Assembly: GCA_001244265.2 (NCBI GenBank)
Contig: CDLV01000011.1
Location: 1,364,001 to 1,428,000 of the forward strand
DNA length: 64,000 bases
Source: Microbotryum violaceum
Lineage: Eukaryota
Direction: 5' to 3'
Below, piece after piece: positions 49,234 through 62,900 of this stretch. The position numbers and the translations under genes were made by a program. Under the pieces are notes generated by a model that ran no database searches, was not told the origin of the DNA, and saw only the letters and a program-made list of their open reading frames with translations. The first letter of the stretch is position 1; each line of letters opens with the position of its first letter.

Positions 49234-49369
49234 TACGTGTGAGGGTAGGGCTTGGATTGAGATGCATTAACAACAACTAAAAAAACTTAAACCTATAACA
49301 AGGTCTCAAAAGTATGACCTGATACATCGCGAAAGAGTCAAAATAAACCGAGAGGAAAGCTAGTGCTTG

Positions 49370-51808
49370 CTACAAACCACTACTAAGCGAAATCAGATCG
49401 ACATCGAGGACCTTCTTCCTCCCTCTTCCCTTGTGACCACACCTCCCCTCTTCCACATCACTTCCATGCTCAAGCTCATCCCCACTCTCCTCCTCCTCCT
49501 CGTCGTCCTCCTCTCCCTCGGAGTCACTCCTCATTCCCAACCCATACGTTGCCCCCGTCGAACTCGCCAAACTCCTCGGCCTCGGCCTCGAATAAAAGCC
49601 CACTTCCTCAATCCTCGTTTCCACATTCGGGTGATACAAATTGTCCCGATTCGAAATGATCACCCTGGGAGGCTTGGCGAGTGAACCCCGTAATAAGGTG
49701 GATCGCTCGTTCCCTCCGCCTTGGGGGTCCTGAGAATCGTCTTCCTCTTGTACTACGGAGGAAGAGTGAGTGTCTTCGAAGGGGTCTCGGGCCGAGGTGG
49801 AGTAGTTCGTTCGGGAGCCGGATCCGTACCCCAGGGAAACGGGTGCTGTCCCACACTGCGAATCGAACGATGATCTCGTGGTGGTGGAGTACAACGTACT
49901 CGCCTCGATTCGTGCCTTCGCTCCATGCGTCTGCCCATAAGGTAAATTCAACCATCTACCCCCTGCACCACCCCGCTCACTCGCCAACGGTCCACCGGTC
50001 GACACCGAATTGGTCGCATAACTCATCTCGGACCCCAATTCCTCCTGTTCCTCCTGTTCCGCCTCCCCTTCATAACCCCTCGAGAACGATCTTTGACTCG
50101 ACAGCGTTGTGGAAGGTAACCAAGCCAAAACACCTTGGTTCCTTTCCCGTTCTCTCATGCTCGATCCGTCGCCGCGCATCGACGAGTCCTCCCCCTTTCG
50201 GTGCAAATCGTCCGAGGAACCTAATCGTTTCCCATGGGCTGCTACGCGCCTTCGATGGCGGATCCATAGACCGATCATGATGATGAGACCGAGTGAGAAG
50301 AGGATCGAGAGGACGAGCGCGGCGATGATCGGTGGGGGTGTACCATGGGGTCCATGTCCGCTACCGGATCGCTGATACCCTCCCGAAGACGACGTCGAGT
50401 TCATCTCCGCGGTGGTAGCGGCAGCGGTCGGAGACGCGGCTGCGAAAGAGGAGGAGGAGGAGGCCGGAGGAGCGAGGGCGGTCGTCGGCATCGAGGCCGA
50501 GGCCGAGGCCGAACTCGAGTTGGAGCGGTGCTGCGCGTTTTTAATCACCGCTTGGAGCAGACTGCGGTCCGGTGGAGAGGGTCAGGATATGTAGTAAGGA
50601 ATGAATATATAGATGAAAATGTGCTTACGCTTCTTGGAGATTCAGTGCTCCATTGGAGTTGTCCTAGAAGATGGGAGAGCAACCCTCCACAATTAAACAT
50701 CTGTCCTTTTTGAGGCTAGCCGGCGAACTTGTCCTCGACACTTACAGCCCAAGCCCAACTCGGGATCTGCTCCTTGTCTTGCAACGGTCTCGCAAAGCCT
50801 TTATCTGTAATCGAGCAGTTTGAAGAGAACGTGTCCCACTGTAGTCAAGGCAAAGCAGTCTGCATTCAGCAGACGGGGCCTAAAAAGAATGAGGAAAACC
50901 CGGGGAGGTGAAGGCTTACCCGTGGTGTCGATGAGGGCAGAGCGTAAAATTGACATGCCGCGCAAGCCTGGAAGAAGTGAATGCAATATATGGTTGAGTG
51001 TTTCGGTCCTAGCAGCTTTTTAATCCTGTGCCGGGAACCGAGCTCGGTTAGTATGAGAGAAACGAACCTGGATAAGGTTGTAGGTCGTCACTGCAGGGGG
51101 TGGCACACAAGGCGTCAGTGCAGAGCCATAGAAGATCGAAGAGAATGATGTGCACTCACTTGAACATATGCAATCATTGACCTGATCCTTGGCCGGTTGG
51201 GCATAGGTGTGGGTCGTGCCTCCGAGGGGGCCGAGGGCAAAGAGGGGGTAGTAGCGCGACGAGTTTGGATCGTTCTTGTCGTCGTTGCACTCGTCGAGGA
51301 GAGCGCGTGCGACCTCGCATGGGTTCTGGCTGAGATGATTGTCGAGTACGTTGTACCTGATGTTGTCGTCAAGGGAAGGAGTGAGTACACACGAAATGTG
51401 ACGGCGCTCGCCGAGAAGGACTCACGCCGGCAGGCACAGCTGGGAGAGGTTGGTGGCCATTACGTCGGCGAAAACGGCGGGCTTGAACTTGAACGACGAC
51501 GACGAGGGATCGGCTGAGCCGAAGCCCAGACGGGTGCGATTCCAGCGCGACGGACCGGTGCCTTTGTAGTGGGTTGTCGTACTGTTTTGATTTATTTGAC
51601 GGAGATAGGACCAAATCGCTTTGAGCCACCGACTCGCGGAAGGGTTGGTGAGAGTGGTGTGGCTCGCGGTGGAGGTGCCGTTCTGAAGGTGGTGGGTGAG
51701 GGCGTGGGCGAGGCCGTCGGCCTTGAGCGCTTTGAGCAGGGCGTTGCCAGACGAGAGCGAGACGGTACTGGCAATCGAGGGCACGGAGTACGACGACGAC
51801 GAGTCCAT
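49370..51808 (-). CDS. Single-pass membrane protein: Cys-rich domain, Ser/Ala/Thr stalk, TM helix, disordered tail
   Basis: Spliced CLPA|YNVLDNHLSQNPCEVARALLDEC...NDCICS|..YNLIQ|ACAACQ...|WDTFSSNC...IPSWAWA; TM IIAALVLSILFSLGLIIMIGLWI followed by RHRRR. Start codon uncertain. Confidence 0.72.
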
Positions 51809-52434
51809 GTAGTGTAATCAACCCACAGGTCAATCTGTGCTAATCACAGCTGCTGCTGCTCCCGGTCGAGGGCTAGGGTGGTGTCGCACAGCCCACGGGT
51901 CGGCGTGTGAAGGCAGATGGCCGCGGCGTTCCGGGAAGCCTGTGAACCAGCGAGCGCCTAAATAGGCGTGGTGGGTGCACGGAATCCGAGCGGGGGTGAA
52001 GGGGGCCACAGTCCGGGCGATGCGCGTAACAGGACGATCGGTTGACGCCTTTTCGTACGTCGGAGCCGAGAAGGTGAGAATCGTTGGCGAGGGTCGATAC
52101 ACAACTGATGGTACTGAGGTTGGGACACCGTCTCGTAGGACAAAGAGAGAGAGAGGGTTGGAGGTGTCGATCGCGTGCTGTACATGTGGGAGGGAGGGCG
52201 CTTCCCAGAAATAGAACATAACAGAACTGCCCGTGCCTCATTAGAAAGCGAGCGACTCGAGTAGTGACGATTTATTCCAAGGCGGACCGACAGGCGCGTG
52301 AGACAGGGACCACCTCCCGGGAGGACCAGCTTCACTGTTGAACGCTGCACCGCCTCAGTCGCGCCACGAAGGACCAACCGCACTCGGGACTTGGATCAAG
52401 ACCGGCCGTCTCCTCGTCCAAATCCCACAAGACA

Positions 52435-55400
52435 ATGAGTCACGCCGAAGCGAGTGCGCTGTTGAACCGGGCGACGAGTGCGAGCACCGTCGACGATGAG
52501 CTCGGCACCGGTCAAGCCTTGGACCAACTGACCGCCTTGATCAAGCTACAGCCGGCCCTCATACCCGTAAGCGTACTCCTCTATTGCAGATCTACCTTTG
52601 CTCCACACTCACACGCCATGCCTCTTTTCTCAGGGCATCTGGCCAGCCGTACTTCGTGCGGTTACCGATCTTCGCTCGTCGAGCCTGTTCAACTGGGCCA
52701 CACAAGTCATGCGATACGCCCTCACCTTGAATGTGCTCGTGGTCGACACCAGGATAAACCGTGCGTTCCTGGGTGGGCAAAGTCTTAGCCTTCTCGCGCG
52801 ACGCCCGAGCTGATCTCCCCCTGACAAGCATCGCACAGTGTCGCTGCTGGCGCTGCACGCGATCAAGACGACCATGACCTATACTCGTGATACATCGATT
52901 CAAAAGGTTGGCCTGCAATGCTTTGCGTCAATATATCCACTCTTGTTCAAATACGCGTGAGTGCTCCATCTTGGGCTCTGGGCACTCCAAGACGTCGATT
53001 ATGAACACCCCCTCCGCTTCTCCAGATGCTCGGGTAACGACCAGCAGACTTGGATGACCGTCAATGGCCTCAAGATGATCACCTTGGAGATGTGGAGGGA
53101 TACCCAGAAAGGAATGACCGGAGCAAAGGTCGCTGCCGTCAAGGTCTTGCAGAGGATCATCCAGACTCAGACCAAAGCGACTTCGGATCCGAGGGTCAGT
53201 GGCGTAAGATCACAGGCAGGTGGCGACATGGGCTTATTTCTTCTTGGCTCGGCTCCAAACAGCTCCAGCGAACCGTTCAAGAACCCAACTTGCTCATGTG
53301 CAAACCGAACCACGCGTTCCTCAAACCCGTCCAACTCGAAGACGAGGCCAACAAGTTGCTCGAAGAAGCCATCACGACCCTCTTCACCTCGGACGACTCG
53401 GACCTCGTTTCGGCCCTCGTTTCAACCCTGACCGTCTTGGTCAAGTCCAGAACCAGTTTCGCGAGGTTGGTTGTGACCGCTTTAACCCATTGGGTCCCGA
53501 CGGCTTTGGTGGGGAAGGCGACGCCGACACAGATTAGGAGTACGGAAAAGATCGTCAGGACCTCGTTGACACATTTGCTCAAGTGAGTATGCATATTTTG
53601 GGTGAGCTCACCTTTCTCAGTTCGTTGACCATCCTGTATTCATCCAGGACGAACACGATCGCCCCCTTCGCCTCCCAAGTCACTGACTTCCTCCAACGTC
53701 AAGCGGTACGAATGGACGCCGCCGCTCTCGAAGCGCGTCAACAACAAGAAAAAATCCTCCTCGAACAAGCGCGTAAACGACAACTCCAAGAAACAGAAGC
53801 CTCCATCGCCGCAGCGACGAAAAGGAGAAGGACCGACTCGCCGAACGCCGAAGCGGGTCCATCAACGTCGACGATGGCGCTGATCAATTTGAGAGAGGTT
53901 TTTACGACCACGGATGGCACGCCGAACGCGTTGGCGCAGTTTGATGCGAGCATTCTGCCGTTGAATGTGTGCATTGATTTCTTGGTCGCGACGATGCAGC
54001 AGGTCGATGCGGCGGCCTTGGCGAGAGGGATCGAGGTGGGTTCACAGAAAGTTTTTACCCTCGACGATGATCGCGACTGATGAGCTTTGGTGATCTGTTG
54101 TGCAGGCCGCTAAAGCACGGCTATCTTCTCAAGCCTCGGCCGTAGCTTCGACGTCGATATTACCGACCGAGGAAGTGGAAACCAAAGATGGAGCTCGAGT
54201 CCTTGGCAAAGGGCGAGCGCGCTACGAAGTCTTCGACCCATTGAAGATCGATTTGGGTGATGATGAACTCGTACTCAAGACCGACGAGCCCGAAAATACA
54301 GCACCCACACGGACAAAGGATGAGATCAGAGCTTCTCGAGATGAGGGGAGTGACGAGGACGAAGGGGACGGAGAGGAAGAGGATGATAGGGCTTTACCCG
54401 TCGTTGAATTCGATTCGGCATTGACTTCGACAACAAAGGAATTGATGACGAGCATTGAGATGTCATCGCTTGAAAAGGAAGAGTACTTAGTGAGGGGTGT
54501 CAGAAGATTATGTCACATCGGTGCAGAGGGAGGGGACGAGCTTTGGATCAGTCTGGTGACGAGGTTGGTGACGAGGGGGATCGAGGAGGAGGAGGAGGGG
54601 GAAGGGGCTTTGGGGAAGAGGATGAGGGAGGAGATGTTGGAGTTTGTGAAGGAGGATCCGAGGAATAGAATGGAGTTTGCGAGGAAGTGGTTGAATGAGG
54701 AATGGTTTGCGGAGAAGATGGCGGTGCGGACTAAGGAGGGGCATAAGGTCGGTGAACATTTCGTCTTTCTCTTCTGCGTCAAGGTCATCGAGGCTGACCG
54801 TCGTGGGAATTCGAACAGGACCGGACCTACGACATTTGGTTACGCAAGATTTCGACGCATATCATGTCCAAGAGCTCGAATCGGGATCGAGGCTTCACCC
54901 AGTTCGTCATCGACTTGCCCGACTTGCCCGTCGACGAGGTGGAGAAGTTGGGGCAGATGTGTATGAAGAAGGAACAGTGAGTATGATGTCCCATCGCACG
55001 AGACTCCAACTTCCATGGCTGAATTTGTCTTGTGATCGGTAAACAGGGTGCAATTGGGCTTCTCGGCGCTGAGAGAATTGGCCGTGCTTCGGCCACCATT
55101 TCGACCTGCGGCTGTGGATGTCTTGTTATCGTTGACGACCCATAAAGGTCAGTTTCGGCACATTGAGGTGCCATCTATGACGATTGGAAACCTAATCGGA
55201 ATTCTAAATGTCGTACGGTGCACTGTATTGCCCAGACAAACCCACTCGTAACGCGGCGATCAATACAGTCAAGAAATGGGTCCCCGATTCGGCCGCGCTG
55301 TCCCCAACCATCATCAATTTTGCCCTCTCCCTCATCTCCCGGATGGAAGTCGTACCCCTGAAAAAATCAGAAGAGTCTAAGAAGGAGGATGGTGCAGAAG

Positions 55401-56804
55401 ATGGTGAAGTCGATATGGCGATGGAGGTGACACCACCACCGGAAGAACAAAAGCCCGTTTTCGCCTATGCGCTCGTCAAGGATGCTCGGGTCGTCGATCA
55501 TTTGGACCCGCCGGAGAGTAGAGAGGATGTCGTGAGACATGTCGAATTGCTCTTTGCGCTGTGTCATAAGCATCCGCACTTGCTTAAACAGTACGTGCAG
55601 CTTCATCGCGAGGATCAGCAGTTGATGAAGATGACTAATGATCGGGATGACGGGCGGCATGGTACAGACTCTTCACCGCCTTCGCGACACTCCAACCGAC
55701 GGCCCAAGAACACATCTTGTCCCTCATCACACCCCTCATCAAGTCCTTAGGCATCGCCAACCCCGAACTGCTCGAAGCCATCGACCTCGCTCCCGAAGGC
55801 TCGGATGCACTCTTGTTACGGGTGCTAAACCTACTCGGGGAGAAGTTGCCTCGGTTGCCGTCGGGCATCATTCAGAGTTTGAAGAAGATTGCCAAAGAGA
55901 GGGTGCTGGACCCGCAGTTCTACGTCATGATTGTTTCCGAATGTGACAAGGTGCGTTTGAAGGATGGAATCAAGGTGCCGTGCACCACCCAACTGACCTT
56001 GGAGGTGCTTCAACAAACGCTCAGGATGAACTTAAAGCCTACATCCCTCGCATCATTTCCTTACTGGACGGTACGCCTGAGCGGAAAGCCTTGATCCGAT
56101 CCGTCTTCCTCGCTGCTACCGCACCACCTTCAGAGAAAGGCGCGATGGCAAGTAGACGCAAGATCAAGCTCTTGACGGCCGTCGAGTTGATGTCGGTGTT
56201 GCATCAGAGCGATGCGATCAGTGGGATTAAACCTGCGATCGAAGGTAAGTCACATTCTGGGAGGCTATGCGTGTCCCTCACTTTGTGAAGAATAAGCTGC
56301 TCAGACCAGATTTCATTCCCCACAGCCATCTCAATTTGCTTTTCCATGACGGACGCCTTCCGCCCTGAGATCCTCTCCTCCTTCATGCAATACACCCTCG
56401 ACAACTTCTCCACCATACCCACCCTATTCCTCCGTACGGTCATTCAAGCCGTTTCGACCTACAAATCCGCCCTATCCCCATTCATCTCTTCCACCCTCCT
56501 CGTCAAACTCATCCATAAACAAGTCTGGCAATTCCCGCCCGTCTGGGAAGGCTTCATCCGTTTAGCCAAAGTCGTCCAACCGGGCAGTTTCAAGGCTTTG
56601 TTGTTGTTACCCAGGGAACAGTTGGAGGATGTGGTCAGACGACAAGCGGGTTTGAAGGAGGGGTTGAGAGAAGTCGTTCAATCGGGGATGGAACCCGTCG
56701 GGGAGGCGGGGAAGGAGATTATGGAGATCTTAGGGGAACCAAAGGAAGAGACCGTGCAGCAACAGGGCTTAGAGGAGTCGGTAGCCGTGCAGGTTCAGTC
56801 CTGA
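52435..56804 (+). CDS. PTA1: Symplekin/Pta1 (mRNA 3'-end processing scaffold), multi-exon
   Basis: KVAAVKVLQRIIQTQT..SDPR; NHAFLKPVQLEDEANKLL; ARKWLNEEWF; LGFSALRELAVLRPPFR; RNAAINTVKKW; PTLFLRTVIQAV; KQVWQFPPVWEGFIR. Confidence 0.9.
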
Positions 56805-56926
56805 CGAGTTCTTCTTGAGGTAGTGCGGAATTCCTTGATGCAACGGCGAATGTACGCGTCCTTTCCAAGAGTGTGCTTGGGGGGTGAATACAACATAAAG
56901 ATATGAAAGACTCAATCGAAATCCTA

Positions 56927-59900
56927 CTAATGGGAGAACCAAACGGGCAAGCCGTAGTTGACGACCGCCGCTCCATTACTGTGGATCACAGAAGTAGTGA
57001 GATTAGTCTTCGTTCGCCAGTCGCCAGTACATGGAACCAAGAACAGCAGAACTGCGTACAGATACCGCAAATTACAAACTTGACGAGATTGAGCGATCGC
57101 TTGCGAGAGACTGAGCTTGGTGGTCGTCTTGTCATTCTGAGATTTGGTCGCTTCGTCCGTGTGAAGTCCGACGAGCTTGAAAACGTTCTCGGTGAGGGTG
57201 TCGATGTCTTTGTCCGTCACATCCCAGAGGTTGGCAACGAGCGAGGGACTTATGAAAAGGTCACCGCGTCAGTGAAGAGTAAGAAAATTTTGTCAAGAAA
57301 TTCTTACTCACCATCCAGCAATCATGTAGTGATAAGGCGTGCCATAAGGATCGAACTCGCCCTGATCGCGAAGCACGCCAGACGAGCAACCCCAAAGCAT
57401 TGTGACGGCGCAACGAGGTAAATGTCTGATTGACTGCGAGCGAACGTATTGCTCCGCACCACCGTGACCAAAGTATCTGTACATTCGGGAGAAAAGGTGC
57501 AGTTTTAGTGATCGTTGACAAACTGAGCCGATATGTCGCGACGTACAAGACGAGCTCTTGTGACGCGAGTGAGCTCTTCATTTCCTCCTCGCTCGGTGCA
57601 CGACCAACGACACCCTTCCACCCCGCCGCCGCTTTGGCCTCAAGCCAAGGTTCGAACCTCGCTTGAGTGTTCTTGAGATCCCCTCCGGGGTTGACGACAT
57701 ACGACGTGCGCCTCGGATCGACGATATACTCGTGCGATTCGTCGTTGGATCGAGATCGAGCCAGTTCGAGTCGATCACGCAAGAAAGCGAGCGAGGGCAG
57801 GCGCGAGATCGAGATGCCTTGTAAGCAAGGAAGGGACTCCCACGGGAAGCCTTGCACACTCTTATCCAGAATCAACACGAGATGACGCCTCGGGTCCGAT
57901 GTCGTCGACGTCGGCGTCGGAGTCGGCTCACTCTTGCGAAGCTCTTCAAGCGCAGATCGGAAATCAATGACGACTTGGTCAACGTCCGTCTCGTCGCACG
58001 CGACGGGGACACCGGACAACTGGAACGACTCCATGATGAAATGATAAAGATCCTCGAGATCTTCGTCTCGCGCTTTGGGGGATAGGGCAGCTATACGTTC
58101 GACGATGCCATCGTCAAGCTGGAAGCGTGCGGCCCGTTTGTCGTTCGGGGTCGCACGGATGAGGCTGCGCTTGACGATGCGCTCGATTCGGCCTTTGAAT
58201 GTGTGTAGCGCATCCGCGCCGATGTCTTGCGTGTCGGAGAAGATGCACTGCAGTGTGGACACATGGCCGTCAGTAGGCTGATCAACCAAATTCCCAATCT
58301 GCTCCCCACCAACCTTGAAAGCACCCAGCCACGAATCCTCCATCGACTGCAGCAACCCCTTCAACCTCGCATCCAACTCCTTTCTCTCCGCCCACCAAGC
58401 AATCCTCGCCTCCTTCCCCTCCACATTCTTCGCATTCTGAGCCCCCGAATTACTTCTAGCCACGATATCCGCCAACTCCGCCGAGGCTTGGGCGTACGAT
58501 AGTCCTTCATCCTCCTCCTTGTCTTCTCTTCGAGTGATGCGATCGAGAGGGAGTCTGAACACAAGGGGTTGCCGATTCGCTTGGTGGTGTACAAGGATGA
58601 GCGCATCGCGTTCGGCGGAGAGATGGATCGATACGGTTTGCCATCGGGGAGGCAGAATTGAATTGATCGAAGGGTCGGTTAAGACGGGTTCGATCGTTTC
58701 GGATCGATACCTTTCGCGCAGGGTGAGCAAGCTTGCCACGGCAGAGGCTTGCTCGTGAGAAGGGACGGGCTCAATCTGGGGCCATTTAAGGTCATCGACG
58801 CGGGAGAGGTTCGCGATCCTGTAGTCAATCGCTTCGAGCATGTCCCGTCGAAGCGTAACGGCGAGACCAAGGTCCAGAAGATGCGCAGTCCCTTCCGCGA
58901 CCTTCTTGTCCGCCCTCCCGATACTGGACAGCAAAGCGCGCAACGAAACGCTGAGCAACGACAGCTCGCGCAAGACCGCGGGTCGTACACGGGAGACGCT
59001 CATCGTTATAGCACGCTGGAGCAGCATCTCGATCTCGCGTAGGTTGTGGAGATGACTCGGGGTCGCTTTGGTCGGCGAGGCGGTCTTGCTCGAGGTGACG
59101 GCCGCGGACGAAGCGAGCGAAGGCATTGAGAGAACTGTCAAACAAAGGCACCAACACGTCAGCCCAACTCGGCAAAAGCATTTATTCCCACCTGAAAACA
59201 GACCAGATTCAGGTACCATCCCTAACACCGCATCCGCACTAAACTTGAGCAACAGATCCTGCATCTCAATCATGATATGCAGTCTCAACTCCTCGGCCTT
59301 GTCCTCCTCCAGCGAAGGGAGTTCGTCCAATCGTCGGAGAAGACCTTGGCATTCCTCCTGTTTCCTCTCGAGTCGAAGTAGACCGATGTGCATCCGAAGG
59401 AGTCGAGAGTGAACCGCTGGAAGTATGCGGTCCGATGAGTGGCCCATACGCTGGGATGGCGATACGTGCGAAGGTGAATGTCCTTTCGCGCCAAGACGAA
59501 GCGCAAAAGGTGACAGATCCTTGATCGAAACACTTTTCGGTGTTCCCACTTTGATCGGACTGTAAGAGGTTAAGGTGGATATACATCAGCTCATGCCCAG
59601 ACCCACGCCAGACGAGCATTGTCAACGACCCCTCACCTTCCCCCCGCCTCATTCTGACTGGTGCTCTGTGCAAACCCTTCCAAAGCACTCTGCGCCTCGG
59701 CATGATCGTCCTTCGCAGCCTGAATCATCCTCCTTCTCATATGTAACGCCGCGCACAACCGATGGTACTCAATTAACTCGCTCGAATCGTTCGCCGCATT
59801 CTCCAAATCGATCGCTTGAAGGTCCGCCTCGGCTCCTTCCAAGTTTCCCGCATGCATTCGTACTTCACACCTCAGTAGGATCGCGCGCATCATCGGGAGG

Positions 59901-62900
59901 TTCGCACCGTACTGTGTTGCGACGTCAAGGGCGTGACCGGCGAAGTACTCGGCTGATTTCGGGGTGCCTCGGATCCAGTACAGGTTCGCGACACGGAGGA
60001 TCGCAGAGCCTAACCCATCCGCGATGCTGTAGAGCACACTCGCGTGAGGGCCGGCGGTCGAGACGGAGTACTGTTTCGTTTGAGTTGGGTGCTCAGGCAA
60101 GGGGGTGTTGGGATCCGTTCGGTCCGATGCGAACGTCGATTCATCCTTGTTCGTCGATTCGATTGTTGAAAGTCGAGTGATATTCGCAAGACCGCGGTTG
60201 AGCAATCGCATCGCTTGCAAAGCGGGGGCAAGACACCTCCCCAGATCTCCACGGCGTTGCAACATCGTCGAACAAACGGACGAAGCGAGGGCGACGCGTT
60301 GGAGCAAAAGCGTGCGCTGGACGATCCGGGTCGAAGTTGATCCTATGGCGTCTTCCTCATCGAGGCCTTTTGCGAGTTTGAGCGCCTGCGCATACGATTG
60401 AGAAGATCGCTCGTGTTGACCGGTAAGAGCGAGAAGCTCGGCATGAAGAAGGTGATGCTCGACTTGAAGAGCCAACGAGATCGTCGCACCCGACGTGCAA
60501 GCTTGTTGAATACAAGCTTCAGCTTGAGCGAACAGCGTCGCAGCACGAGACAAGTTCCCAATCTTGGCAAGTTCTCGCGCGAGATGGATGGAAGAAGCGA
60601 CAGAGGCTTCGTCTGTCCCTCTCGTTCGCTTTGACGCCATACGACGCAAAAGCTTGAGGTACCCAATCCGAAGCACAGCATGCCCCAATGTGCCGAGCAG
60701 ACTCGCCATTGTCTCGATCAAGTCGTAGCACCGATCGACGTCCTCGAACAAAGCTGCGTCCACCGTCGGCGTGCGCTTGGGTTTCGGCGTCGCCGCTGAA
60801 AGGGCTTTGTCATTCGTCAAATCGACGAGAGGTTGTCGCGGTGGTGTGATCTGTTCTGCAACCACCATTCGACTCGTAATAGTCCTCGGAGTCTTGAGAG
60901 CCGTAGCCGCGGCCGACTTCATCGCCGTTGTCCGTACAGCAGTCGAAGCCAACACCCTCTTCCTCGTCGCCGTCGTCACTCGACCCGTCTTGGCCGTCGC
61001 AGCAGCGGGCGAAGGTGTCTTGAGCTTCGGCGTCATCGTCTTCTTCGGTGTCCGTCTTGTCGACGTCCTGAGCTCATTCGAATCGGCATCCAAAATATCT
61101 CGAAAGAGACTCATCGCTGCCCGAGCTTCGTCGACGAGAGCGGCTGAAGGGAGACGCGCTTGATGGGCATGGAAAGCGAGCCAAAGGTGGGAGGTGGCGA
61201 GGTAGTGCGATTTATAAGAGGCGAGTGCCGCGTCCTGGCCTAGTGTCTGTTGAATGGTATGACAACACGTCAGCAAGTCTTGATCACGACAAAACTGACA
61301 AGCCCGTCTTACCGAACTAGAACAAAGCGCATCAATCTCAGCCGCCACGATCGCCGCCGAAAGGTCTTTCTGCACCGCGCCGCGCACGCACAAACCTTGC
61401 ATCCGCCGCAGCAAGATCCTATGCGCGCAAGTCCGGTTTGCAATCAGCGGATACGATCGGGGAATGGGATCAAGCGATGAACGCACCTAGCTCTCCTGAT
61501 TGGGAATTCATTCTGGTCATAGAGCTCCAACAAATCCTGCACGAGCGCACCGATCGCGTTCCCCGCCTCGAGCTTGTCCATGGCCGCTTCCAACGTGTGC
61601 ACTTGCACCTCCAGCACCATCCCCCTTGTCCTCACGTCGAATCCGCTCGCCTTCAACGCCTCTGAAAGCGAGACCTGATCGCCAGGCAACAACAAGTCGA
61701 ACGTCGCCAACTTCGTGATCCTCTGTACAAGCTTGATCGTCGTCATCGAGCCTCTCTGCTTAAGCAGCTCCGACACCGACAATGCAGCACCTAGTGCATC
61801 CCGACTCTCGACAGGTAGGAAGCTCAGTGCATCGACATAAGCTCGCAACGCCGCCTTCTGTTCCCCGATCGAATGATGGGCCAAAGCCAAGAGTTCGAAG
61901 CGCTTGGTTGCGTATTTCCAACAATCAGCTTGCAGTTCCATGCGCTCCATCTTTGTGCGTGACGAGGCTTCCGAATCAATCGAAGCAAGGGTCAACGCAT
62001 CCATTTCCTCGACAAGAGCGTCCTCCATAGTTGAAGACGTTAACGTCAATACGGCGCCCGTGATCTCGCAAGCACGCTGAACGAACCGCGTCGTCGACTC
62101 GGGTTTGCCGGCGTTATACAAGAGACCTGAGAGGTTGTAATAAGCCGAAGCGAGGGATCGGATCCAGTATGCTTGACCGAGTTGGGCTGGCTCAACCTTA
62201 ATCCCACCTTCCGACTCGACGCGGAGACCGAGGACGGCTAGGCATCGTTCGAGATGGTCGAAGCAAGGCGTGTAGGTTGAGCGATCGTCGACAACGAGCG
62301 TTGAATAGGCGAGGACGGTGAGCACTTCGACGGTGCCCGAAATAAGACGACTCCGATCCCCGCTTTGCGCTCTACTCGTCGACACCGCTTCGCCATGTTG
62401 CGCCAGCGTCTTGCATAGTTTGCGCAGCAAAACCTCGTCCTCCGCCTTTGATCTGCCTTGCTTGCCCTCCTGAACGACGAGCATATCAAGCCTCTGATCC
62501 CCTTTGACCTCCTTGACGACCCAGGATCTGACCTTCTCCATAATCGAATCGACCTTACCCACACTTTCCTTATCCAGACCCTCCCTGACTCTCAACTTCC
62601 CCAAAGCCTGAACATAAATCAGCGCCCTATTGAGCCCGTCCACCTCTTTCTCCTTGCCCTTGTGTTCCTCCTGCCCAACCTGCAAGCCCGACAACAACCC
62701 CATCAGTTTAACGACAAGTCGATCAACCTGCTTCTCCACCGGAACCCCTCCCTCGTCCTCGTCCGATTCCAACAACAACCTGACCCTCTCAATGGCCAAC
62801 CCATCCTCCGCACGCTGCGCGATCCTCAGAATGACTTGACACAAATTCATCCATTGAGTCCCATGAAATTCGATTCCACGATGTCGCGAAGAGATAGCTT

